Shown in pieces: positions 16,288 to 24,200 of a DNA stretch of 32,000 nucleotides (positions are counted from its first letter, which is position 1; every line of letters starts with the position of its first letter). The notes under the pieces were generated by a model that saw nothing but the letters and a program-made list of their open reading frames with translations, was not told the DNA's origin and searched no databases. Both the position numbers and the translations under genes were made by a program. Origin of the DNA: Halomicrobium mukohataei DSM 12286 (GTDB lineage Archaea > Halobacteriota > Halobacteria > Halobacteriales > Haloarculaceae). The stretch lies in the NCBI RefSeq assembly GCF_000023965.1, contig NC_013202.1:2880001-2912000 (forward strand), in the 5' to 3' direction.

Positions 16288-18879
16288 GTGGAACTGATCA
16301 TCACCGAAAAGGAGAACGCCGCCCGCCGCATCGCGGAGATTCTCAGCGACGGCGCTGCGACCGCCGAGCGCGAGAACGGCGTCAACGTCTACCGCTGGGG
16401 GACCAAACGCTGCATGGGGCTGTCGGGACACGTCGTCGGCGTGGACTTCCCGCCGGAGTACTCCGACTGGCGCGACGTCGAGCCGGCGGAGCTGGTCGCG
16501 GCAGACGTGGTCAAGTCCGCGACCCAGGAGAACATCGTCGCGACCCTGCGCAAGCTGGCCCGCAGGGCCGACGAGGCGACGATCGCGACGGACTACGACC
16601 GCGAGGGGGAGCTGATCGGCAAGGAGGCGTACGAACTGATCCGCGAAGAGACCGACGTGCCCGTCGATCGCGTGCGGTTCTCCTCGATCACCGACCGCGA
16701 GGTCCGGGAGGCCTTCGCCAACCCCGACGAGATCGACTTCGACCTCGCCGCCGCCGGTGAGGCCCGACAGGTGATCGACCTCGTGTGGGGCGCGGCGCTG
16801 ACTCGGTTCCTCTCGCTGTCGGCCCGACAGCTCGGCGACGACTTCATCTCGGTCGGCCGCGTCCAGTCCCCGACGCTGAAGCTGATCGTCGACCGCGAGC
16901 GCGAGATCCAGGCGTTCGATCCCGAGGACTACTGGGAGATATTCGGCGACCTCCAGGGCGACGACGCCGCCTTCGAGGCTCAGTACTTCTACGACGACGA
17001 CGGCAGCGAGGCCGAGCGCGTCTGGGACGAGGCGACCGCCGAATCCGTCTACGAGGACCTGGCCGCGCTCGACGCCGCGACGGTCACGTCCGTCCGCGAG
17101 CGGACCCGCACCGACGCGCCACCGGAGCCGTTCAACACCACCGCCTTCATCTCCGCCGCGGGCTCGCTTGGCTACTCGGCCCAGCGGGCGATGAGCCTCG
17201 CAGAGGAGCTGTACACCGCCGGCTACATGACCTACCCCCGGACGGACAACACGGTCTATCCCGAGGACCTGGAGCCCGACGAACTGCTGGACGAGTTCGT
17301 CGGCAGCTCGACCTTCGGCGAGGACGCCGAGTCGCTGCTCGAACAGGACGAGATCGTCCCCACCGAGGGCGACGAGGAGACGACCGACCACCCGCCGATC
17401 CACCCGACCGGGGAACTCCCCCCGCGGGGCGAGCTGGACGACGACGAGTGGGAGATCTACGAGCTCGTCGTCCGGCGCTTCTTCGCGACGGTCGCCGAGC
17501 CCGCGAAGTGGGCCCACCTCCGGGTGGTCGCCGAGGCTGCTGGCCACTCGCTGAAGGCCAACGGCAAGCGCCTGCTCGAACCGGGCTACCACGCCGTCTA
17601 CCCCTACTCCTCGGCCAGCGAGAACGTCGTCCCGGCCGTCTCCGAGGGCGACGCGCTGACGATGAGCGACGTGAGCCTCGACGCCAAACAGACCCAGCCA
17701 CCGCGTCGCTACGGGCAGTCCCGCCTCATCAAGAAGATGGAAGACTTCGGGCTGGGCACGAAGAGCACGCGACACAACACCATCGAGAAGCTGTACGACC
17801 GGGGGTACATCGAGGGCGACCCGCCGCGGCCGACGACCCTGGCCGAGGCCGTCGTCGAGGCCGCAGAGGAGTTCGCCGACCGGATCGTCAGCGAGGAGAT
17901 GACCGCCCAGATGGAGGCCGACATGTCCGCGATCGCGAGCGGCGAGGCCACGCTGGACGAGGTCACCGCGGAGTCCCGCGAGATGCTCGATCGGGTGTTC
18001 GAGGAGCTGGCCGACTCCCGCGAGGAGGTCGGCGACTACCTCCAGGAGTCGCTGAAAGCCGACAAGACGCTCGGTCCCTGTCCGGAGTGTGGCGAGGACC
18101 TGCTCGTGCGTCGCTCGCGACAGGGGTCGTACTTCGTCGGCTGTGACGGCTTCCCCGAGTGTCGCTTTACCCTCCCGCTGCCGTCGACCGGCGAGCCGCA
18201 GGTCCTCGACGACAGCTGCGAGGACCACGGCCTCAACCACGTGAAGATGCTGGCCGGTCGCGACACCTTCGTCCACGGCTGTCCCCGCTGCGAGGCCGAG
18301 AAGGCCGACGAGACCGACGACGAGGTGATCGGAGCCTGTCCCGAGTGTGGGGAGGGCGCTGCTCCGGAGGAGCAACGAGGCGAAGGCGGTGATAGCGAGG
18401 CGCAAAGCGCCTCGGACCATTCGAGCGGGCAAAGCCCGCGAGAAGAAACCGCCGAAGCGCACGGCGGGAAGCTGGCGATCAAGCGCCTGCGCTCCGGCTC
18501 GCGACTCGTGGGCTGTACTCGCTATCCCGACTGCGAGTACTCGCTGCCGCTGCCGCGAAACGGCGACATCGTGGTCGGCGAGGACCGCTGTGCGGAACAC
18601 GATCTGCCCGAGATCTCGATCGTCGACGACGAGGACGACGACGATCCCTGGGAGCTTGGCTGTCCGATCTGCAACTACGCCGAGTACCAGGCCCGCAACG
18701 CGATCGACGACCTCGAAGATCTGAACGGCATCGGCGGCGCGACCGCCGAGAAGCTCGCCGCCGTCGGCATCGACGAGCCCGCCGACCTCCGGGCGGTCGA
18801 ACCCGACGAGATCGCCGCCAACGTCCAGGGCGTGTCGGCCAGCCAGATCGAGGACTGGCAGGCCGAACTGGCGGACTGA
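16288..18879 (+). CDS. topA: DNA topoisomerase I (type IA) with C-terminal zinc ribbons and helix-hairpin-helix tail
   Basis: 863 aa. GTG start, forced by the in-frame TGA at 16279-16281. Toprim N-terminus (ELIITEKENAARRIAEIL...ATDYDREGELIG), active-site region (YMTYPRTDN), repeated CPECG...GC...C ribbons, and a terminal NGIGGATAEKLAAVGI HhH. Confidence 0.95.
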   Translation: MELIITEKENAARRIAEILSDGAATAERENGVNVYRWGTKRCMGLSGHVVGVDFPPEYSDWRDVEPAELVAADVVKSATQENIVATLRKLARRADEATIATDYDREGELIGKEAYELIREETDVPVDRVRFSSITDREVREAFANPDEIDFDLAAAGEARQVIDLVWGAALTRFLSLSARQLGDDFISVGRVQSPTLKLIVDREREIQAFDPEDYWEIFGDLQGDDAAFEAQYFYDDDGSEAERVWDEATAESVYEDLAALDAATVTSVRERTRTDAPPEPFNTTAFISAAGSLGYSAQRAMSLAEELYTAGYMTYPRTDNTVYPEDLEPDELLDEFVGSSTFGEDAESLLEQDEIVPTEGDEETTDHPPIHPTGELPPRGELDDDEWEIYELVVRRFFATVAEPAKWAHLRVVAEAAGHSLKANGKRLLEPGYHAVYPYSSASENVVPAVSEGDALTMSDVSLDAKQTQPPRRYGQSRLIKKMEDFGLGTKSTRHNTIEKLYDRGYIEGDPPRPTTLAEAVVEAAEEFADRIVSEEMTAQMEADMSAIASGEATLDEVTAESREMLDRVFEELADSREEVGDYLQESLKADKTLGPCPECGEDLLVRRSRQGSYFVGCDGFPECRFTLPLPSTGEPQVLDDSCEDHGLNHVKMLAGRDTFVHGCPRCEAEKADETDDEVIGACPECGEGAAPEEQRGEGGDSEAQSASDHSSGQSPREETAEAHGGKLAIKRLRSGSRLVGCTRYPDCEYSLPLPRNGDIVVGEDRCAEHDLPEISIVDDEDDDDPWELGCPICNYAEYQARNAIDDLEDLNGIGGATAEKLAAVGIDEPADLRAVEPDEIAANVQGVSASQIEDWQAELAD

Positions 18880-18980
18880 GGAGCGCACGGCGACGGGGAC
18901 GCAGTCACGAAGGGTCTCGTTTTCGCACAGCTACCAGATCCGGCGGAGCCGCAATTCGTCACGCGTTCCGCTAGATCCAC

Positions 18981-19067
18981 TCATACGGAAAGTTGTAGGT
19001 CTTTACCAGATCGACCGCACGCCGTCGTGCGGTCGACTGGGTAAACGCCTACAACCGTCCGTATCAC
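18981..19067. repeat. Hairpin repeat element, copy B (87 nt; same termini as A/C, different self-complementary core)
   Basis: The first 19 nt and last 20 nt closely match copy C (tcatacggaa.gttgt... / ...acaaccgtccgtatcac). The core taccagatcgaccgcacg / cgtgcggtcgactgggta is itself an inverted repeat. Confidence 0.65.
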
Positions 19068-19353
19068 AGAACGATTCGAAGTCGTTGGCACCGGCACCAC
19101 CGGCGATATCCCGGAGCGTCCCGATCGGAACCTCATCGTGTAACGGGACCGTCACCTGTCGGCGATCGTCCTCGCAGGGGACGACGATCACCTCGTCGCA
19201 CTCGCCGTAGCTGTCGCGGACGGTGCAGGTGTAGGACCCGTCGTCGTGGACTGCCTCGACGGTGGTGAGTTCGCGCTCCGAGCATCTACGAGTCGTGTTT
19301 GTCGGCGGACGTGAAATGTCTGCGAGACGTATCCGGCGACGGTGACGGGTCAT
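19003..19353 (-). CDS. HicA-like (YcfA family) toxin homologue, orphan and possibly degraded
   Basis: The C-terminal half RRQVTVPLHDEVPIGTLRDIAGGAGANDFESFC matches the conserved HicA block (tvP.H...l..GTLr.I...aG) as I remember the family. The only in-frame ATG (19351-19353) lies in the left terminus of repeat copy C and the stop (19003-19005) lies inside copy B. No HicB-like partner is adjacent. Confidence 0.45.
   Translation of the reverse strand: MTRHRRRIRLADISRPPTNTTRRCSERELTTVEAVHDDGSYTCTVRDSYGECDEVIVVPCEDDRRQVTVPLHDEVPIGTLRDIAGGAGANDFESFCDTDGCRRLPSRPHDGVRSIW
19207..19287. repeat. 81-bp direct repeat, copy 1 (inside the HicA-like ORF)
   Basis: 72/81 identical (hand count) to 21061-21141, in the same orientation. 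Confidence 0.85.
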
Positions 19354-19439
19354 ACGGAACGTTGTCGTTGCGTACCGGCGAGCGTCGCCACGGGGGAGAC
19401 GCCCACCGGAACATTCCGACAACCGTCCGTATCACTCTC
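19350..19439. repeat. Hairpin repeat element, copy C (90 nt)
   Basis: See copy A. Its right-end tca (19432-19434) is the stop codon of the AI-2E transporter gene. Its left-end cat is the only ATG available to the HicA-like ORF. Confidence 0.7.
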
Positions 19440-20595
19440 CGACGGGGGCGTCAGCCTCCCCGGTCGCCGCCTCGTCGGGCGGGTCCCCGTCGGGCTGTGG
19501 CATCGAGCCGAGTCCGTGCGCGGTCGTCACCATTGCGGTGACGCGGTCGCCGTGGGCGAGCTCCGAGAGGCCCACGCGGACGAGATGGATGGCCGCGATC
19601 AGCAACAGCGGACCGAAGAAGACGCCGTACCAGCTGAACAGCAGCCCGCCGAAGATGTAGGAAAACATCATCGCCCCTCTGTGGGTACTCTGCCCGGCGA
19701 AGACCGGCCGAACGATCATGATGGGGAACAGATCGAGAACGAGCAGCGCCACGACGGCCACGGCGACGGGGAACCAGATCGTCGCCGGGTCCGACTCGAT
19801 CGCGGCCAGCCCGAGGTACACCGTCACCGGGACGTACACGATCTTCCCCACGACGATGGGGACGAGCGTCGCCGCGCCCGTCAGGAGCGCGAGGACGTTG
19901 GGGATGGGGATCTTCAGCCCCGGCGGGGCGATCACGTTGAGGCCGTTGTAGACGCCCAGGGCGAGCAGCGCGACGACGACCACGGTGCGGACGTTCCCGA
20001 AGTACACCACCTGGAAGTCGCGATCGACCAGCGTCGCGTAGAGCCACAGGGCCGACTCCTCGCCGACCTCCTCGCGGAGCCACGTCGCAATGTGCTCCCC
20101 GTCCCGGAGCAGATAGAACGCGATGGCGATCCCCAGCGCGAGATGCAGGAAGAACGTCGACACCGGCCCCAGAACGTCCCCGCCGGTACTGACGATCTCG
20201 TTGATCGACGCCGCGTCGAACGACGACACGTACGTCGCGGGATCGGCGACCGCCCGCTCCAGTTCCGCGGCGGGGATCGGCAGGAACCAGGCGACGACCT
20301 CCGCACCTGCTCCGGCGGACCGCTCGAGTTCCTTGATGCCGAGAAACAGGAGGTAGCCGGTCACCGCGAGAAACGGGATCTCGAACGCGAACAGCGCGCC
20401 CGCCGCAGCGAATCCGGGACGGTCGACGACGCGTCGCAGTCGACGATAGACAGGCCGGGCCGCGTAGTAGATGAATATCCCGAAGACGAACGTCCCGATA
20501 TACGAGTACACCACCAGCCCGAGCGTGCCGACGAGAGCGGCAGTGAGGGTCCACCAGAGCACCCGCGATCGGTCGAACTCCGTCTTCTCGATCAT
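19432..20595 (-). CDS. AI-2E family transporter (PerM/UPF0118-type permease)
   Basis: 387-aa polytopic membrane protein with high GC like the core genome. The overall TM layout and the LLTGAATLVPIVG-type segment resemble the AI-2E family. Confidence 0.8.
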   Translation of the reverse strand: MIEKTEFDRSRVLWWTLTAALVGTLGLVVYSYIGTFVFGIFIYYAARPVYRRLRRVVDRPGFAAAGALFAFEIPFLAVTGYLLFLGIKELERSAGAGAEVVAWFLPIPAAELERAVADPATYVSSFDAASINEIVSTGGDVLGPVSTFFLHLALGIAIAFYLLRDGEHIATWLREEVGEESALWLYATLVDRDFQVVYFGNVRTVVVVALLALGVYNGLNVIAPPGLKIPIPNVLALLTGAATLVPIVVGKIVYVPVTVYLGLAAIESDPATIWFPVAVAVVALLVLDLFPIMIVRPVFAGQSTHRGAMMFSYIFGGLLFSWYGVFFGPLLLIAAIHLVRVGLSELAHGDRVTAMVTTAHGLGSMPQPDGDPPDEAATGEADAPVGE

Positions 20596-20931
20596 CCCGA
20601 CGGACTCCCGGCGTGTCGGGTGGCCCTCGTCGGCGCACGACCCGCGTCTCCTCCCGGTCCGCTTCCCTCGCCAGCCGACCGGGGGCGGACGAACTGACGG
20701 CCCTCGGGGTCCCGGTCCCAGCGCTGACGGGCCACCGTGGTGCTACTCATTCGTCCCCCCGGAGCGATCGATGCGTGATTCTTCCACGGCAGACCGTGTG
20801 GTACGCACCCAGATAAGAGATGGGGCCGATTTCTCGGCGGTGTTCAGAGAAGCGACTGCGCTGGCTGAGTTGCAGACACCGAACGCCCTCGCGTCGCTCG
20901 GCTGCGGTGAACCGCTCGCTTCGCTTGCGGG

Positions 20932-21156
20932 CTACTCGCCGACCGCTTCCTCGATGATCTCGATTTCCTCGTCGGTGAGCCCGTACAGTTCGTAGACGAT
21001 CTCGTCGATCAGATCGTCCGTCTTCTCGATCTTCGCCTCCAGTTCTGCGGCGCGCTCGTCGTAGTTGTCGCGGACGGTGCAGGTGTAGGGCCCGCCGTCG
21101 TGGACCCTGTCGACCGTGGTGAGTTTGCGCTCCGAGCATCTCGGGGCTTCGTTCAT
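20932..21156 (-). pseudogene. Chimeric remnant: HicA-like N-terminal fragment fused to the C-terminal tail of a restriction-modification methyltransferase
   Basis: 74-aa ORF from the ATG at 21154-21156. MNEAPRCSERKLTTVDRVHDGGPYTCTVRDNY is paralogous to the HicA-like ORF (the 81-bp repeat). Similarity stops at about 21061, and the rest (RAAELEAKIEKTDDLIDEIVYELYGLTDEEIEIIEEAVGE) is the characteristic extreme C-terminus of type IIG/type I/BREX-type N6-adenine methyltransferases. Confidence 0.45.
21061..21141. repeat. 81-bp direct repeat, copy 2
   Basis: 72/81 identical to 19207-19287. Confidence 0.85.
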
Positions 21157-21237
21157 CGGTGTTGGGCAAGTGTCTATTGCCCACGGATGCCACCGGAGAG
21201 CGTCGACTGGCAGCAAGCCAACGCCGCCAGGGCCGAC

Positions 21238-22581
21238 TCAGTCGAGGATTTCTCTGAGGATATATTCGATTTTCTGGTCGACCTCGGAGGCCTGAAGAAT
21301 CTTGATCGACCGCTGCTCGTCGATGGGTGCCGTCTCGTCGTCTGGTAGGTCCTGAACCACGAGTACGCCGTTCGATCCGTTTCCGAACATACTCTCGTCG
21401 TCGTGGACGAGCGTTCCGTTCTGGCGAAGAAAGGCGAGATACTCCAGTGTCTCTGAGATCCCTCGTTGGATCGTCTCAGGGCGTTTCGAGTGTTTGACTT
21501 CCGTGATGAGATACTCGTTCGAGTTCTCCGACTGAACTTCCAGTACGATAACGTCTGGACGGCCAGTTGCACTTCGGAACGTTCTGTTTCGGAAGTAGCT
21601 GTCGGCGACCGCTCGTGCCTCCCGCTCGATCCGCTCTGTCCGTGAGAGCGCCTTTGATGGCTTCTCTGATACGTCCGATTCGAACGACACACCGCGGTCA
21701 CGAGCGGAGTTGTCGTGGTACAGGACGATATCATCGCCGTTCGTCGACAGGCGAGCGACCTCTTGTGAACCAGACGTGATTGTCTGTAGCTCGAAATTCT
21801 CGTCTGTCATACGCTCCACGGCTGCGATGTAACGGAAGAGAACGAATAGTTCGAACAGCGTCTCGTCGTCGTCAGGCGTGATCGCTGTGTCGGCTAGAAG
21901 GTTCGTAATTGCCTCTGGCTCACCAGCGAGTGTCCGCTGGTATTCTTCGATCAGTGCTGCAGCCTCACGGTAGATTTCGCTGCGGGACTGGGCTGCCGTC
22001 TGGAGCATTCGATCCGTCGGCTCGTACACTTCTGGCCGGCGGATTCGACGGACGTGTACGTTTCTCTCGACGACTTCACGCATCGTTTCGACCAGATCTG
22101 TACTCTCTTTCCATCGTTCTGTTACCCAGTCGTACTCTCGTTCGAAGTACGGTTGGCAGTCCTGTAGCGTCTCGTGGACGAGCGCGAGTAGTCGTTTGAG
22201 AACGACGTTCTCGTCGATGTCGTAGTTCTCGGTCCGGTTTTCACAGACGAACAACGAGCGATCACGAGGATTTCGAGCGTATCGCTCTCGCACAGTGCCC
22301 GCCCAGTCGATCCGACCTTCCACGGCACCGCGAGTAGTCGTCGAGACGTTTTCGGTCTGTGTTTTGATGCTTCGCAATCGTTTTGGTAGCCGTTCCACGA
22401 AGTCGACGACTGCCGGCTTCAACACGAAGTGAAGTCGGACGAGCGTTTCGTAGTCGTCGAACCGGTCTGCGAACCCATCTGGTGCAATCTCTTGGACGAG
22501 ATGGCGCTCGGGAAACGACCCGTGCATCACGTACGCGAGGATGTCTTCGGACAGTTGCTCAAGCAGGGCGTCCCTATCCAT
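21238..22581 (-). CDS. mcrC: McrC-like subunit with C-terminal PD-(D/E)xK nuclease motif
   Basis: 447 aa, with an 8-nt overlap onto the upstream AAA+ gene. It has the motif GRPDVIVLEV-x10-YLITEVKHS (PD...E-x-K, about 21493-21561). Upstream blocks (YDIDENVVLKRLL, LFELFVLFRYI) resemble the McrC/DUF2357 N-terminal region. GC content is clearly lower than in the flanks. Confidence 0.7.
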   Translation of the reverse strand: MDRDALLEQLSEDILAYVMHGSFPERHLVQEIAPDGFADRFDDYETLVRLHFVLKPAVVDFVERLPKRLRSIKTQTENVSTTTRGAVEGRIDWAGTVRERYARNPRDRSLFVCENRTENYDIDENVVLKRLLALVHETLQDCQPYFEREYDWVTERWKESTDLVETMREVVERNVHVRRIRRPEVYEPTDRMLQTAAQSRSEIYREAAALIEEYQRTLAGEPEAITNLLADTAITPDDDETLFELFVLFRYIAAVERMTDENFELQTITSGSQEVARLSTNGDDIVLYHDNSARDRGVSFESDVSEKPSKALSRTERIEREARAVADSYFRNRTFRSATGRPDVIVLEVQSENSNEYLITEVKHSKRPETIQRGISETLEYLAFLRQNGTLVHDDESMFGNGSNGVLVVQDLPDDETAPIDEQRSIKILQASEVDQKIEYILREILD

Positions 22582-24166
22582 CAGGTCTCACCTGCAACAC
22601 GTCACTCGCGACAGATCGAAGTCGAGACGAGTCGATTGCATCGATCTCGGCGAGCCGAGCGATGACAGCCTCACGCTTTCTGACACCCTCTAACTGCGGG
22701 AAGACGTAGCTGAGAACGGCCTGAGTAACGACACGATCACGCTGAGCGGGTGGTGTCCCTCGTACGTGAGAGAGCATGTCTCGGACGATTGCCGGCCCGA
22801 TCTTCCGTTCGTCCGCCGCGTTGTTCATGACGAACCAGACATCTCCGATTGCAGCGACGAGATCGTCCGCGACATCGAGGTCCCAAACGTCGGCATACGT
22901 TCGAACAAGTTGGCGACGCGCGTCGTCGTCCTCGGGAACGGTCGGGGCGTCGACGTAGACGAACGCGAACCGGCGCATGAACGCGTACGACATCTCGTAC
23001 AACGACGTTTTGTCGTAGCTGTTCATCGTCGCAAAGATCCGCCAAGACGACGGCATCAGGTACTGGTGCGGAGGAAGATCGCTCTTCTCGGTTTCAGATC
23101 CGGGCCGGATATCGATCTGTGAACCTTCCCTCGTGAACGGAAGAGAGATACCCTGTCCCGATAGCAGCGTGAATAGTTGGCCGAACGACTTGTCGATGTC
23201 CGAGCGGTTGATCTCGTCGATAACGAGCAGGTCGTTGCGCTGTTGCTCATCACGTTTGAAACAGTGCAACACCTGTCCTGGTTCAAACGAGAGATCGTCA
23301 CCACCCTCTTCGCTCGGCATGTATCCGCCGACGGTCTCGAACGTCGACCAGTCTGCTGTGGCCGTAGTCGTCTGGTAGCCAGTGTAAAAATCGGTCTCTG
23401 CTTCAGCAAGGTATCCAGCGACACGGCGAGCAATTTCTGTTTTACCGGTGCCGGGTGGACCAGTGAGAATAATGTGTTTTCCGGCGTTCAACGCATCTTC
23501 CAGTTCTCCGAGAAGTTCGGTAACTCGGTCCTCGTGGTCCTCGCCTGATGGGAAGTGCAGTCCATCGAGAATCGAATCTGGCAGTTCGAATTCCGGCTGG
23601 CTATCTACGTCGATCCGAGCGGTGGTTGTATCGGAGCGCGTTTGCTCTACCGCACTATCGTCTTCCGTTCGGTCACCGTAGACGAAGGACTCGATCGATC
23701 CGTACTTCCCTCTGAGACCGCCGATTCCCATCTCGTTTAGCGGGGAGAATCCCATCGGGTAGTCGATGTCGTAGCCAGCTAACCCGTGTACTTCCGACGA
23801 ATCGACGCCGAGTTCGACGGGTTCGTCGAGATAGATAACACAGAGCCAGGGGCTCCCCTCCTCGTAGTTCGGCCAGACATCTTTTGCCAACGGTTCGTTT
23901 CGTTCCGTGCCAAGAACTTTGGCAGCGTATTCGTACGTGCCGTCACGGTAGAACAAGAGAAAGTCGCCCGCTTCGATGTTGTTCCAGGTGCCCTCGATAG
24001 ATTGTTTGGTCCCCCACAGGCGTACTGGATCGTTATCGAGCGTTCGATCGGTGAACCGCTCAATGCGTTCTGCGGCGATACCGTCACGAACAGTCCGCTG
24101 GAAGTTCTCCTGTGCAGCGCTGTTTGCAATCGGGGCCCTAAACACACCCGGCCCGTCGTACGTCAT
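22574..24166 (-). CDS. mcrB: McrB-like AAA+ NTPase with N-terminal PUA/EVE-like domain
   Basis: 530 aa. Walker A ILTGPPGTGKT (about 23438-23461), McrB-type Walker B LLVIDEINRSDIDKSFGQLFTLLS (about 23201-23230), and ATMNSYD (NxxD) followed by a MRRF block. The first 125 aa or so (VRLWGTKQSIEGTWNNIEAGDFLLFYRDGTYEYAAKVLG...PWLCVIYLDEPVEL) look like a PUA-superfamily (EVE/ASCH/YTH-like) barrel. Confidence 0.85.
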   Translation of the reverse strand: MTYDGPGVFRAPIANSAAQENFQRTVRDGIAAERIERFTDRTLDNDPVRLWGTKQSIEGTWNNIEAGDFLLFYRDGTYEYAAKVLGTERNEPLAKDVWPNYEEGSPWLCVIYLDEPVELGVDSSEVHGLAGYDIDYPMGFSPLNEMGIGGLRGKYGSIESFVYGDRTEDDSAVEQTRSDTTTARIDVDSQPEFELPDSILDGLHFPSGEDHEDRVTELLGELEDALNAGKHIILTGPPGTGKTEIARRVAGYLAEAETDFYTGYQTTTATADWSTFETVGGYMPSEEGGDDLSFEPGQVLHCFKRDEQQRNDLLVIDEINRSDIDKSFGQLFTLLSGQGISLPFTREGSQIDIRPGSETEKSDLPPHQYLMPSSWRIFATMNSYDKTSLYEMSYAFMRRFAFVYVDAPTVPEDDDARRQLVRTYADVWDLDVADDLVAAIGDVWFVMNNAADERKIGPAIVRDMLSHVRGTPPAQRDRVVTQAVLSYVFPQLEGVRKREAVIARLAEIDAIDSSRLRSVASDVLQVRPDG

Positions 24167-24190
24167 GCTGTCTCCCAGTCAGTGAGTGCC

Positions 24191-24200
24191 AATATAAGTA
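24191..24200 (-). promoter_or_regulatory. TATA-like box (minus strand TACTTATATT) for the mcrBC-like operon
   Basis: AT-rich decamer centred about 29 nt upstream of the ATG at 24166, consistent with a leaderless transcript. Confidence 0.35.

Noticed and set aside
16195-18888. 897-aa minus-strand ORF covering the whole topA locus
   Set aside because: It mirrors the topoisomerase I frame. The translation has no recognisable motifs and is Gly/Arg/Val/Leu-rich. The plus strand has unambiguous Toprim, active-site and zinc-ribbon motifs.
19342-20697. 451-aa plus-strand ORF and a 395-aa minus-strand alternative frame over the AI-2E locus
   Set aside because: Both are Arg/Asp/Gly-rich with no TM segments or motifs. 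The 387-aa minus-strand frame gives a coherent polytopic membrane protein.
20592-20750. 52-codon ORF ending in an ATGA overlap with the AI-2E transporter start
   Set aside because: Low-complexity Gly/Arg/Pro-rich sequence with no family resemblance. The overlap could be coincidental. Mentioned under findings only as context for the gene-poor gap.
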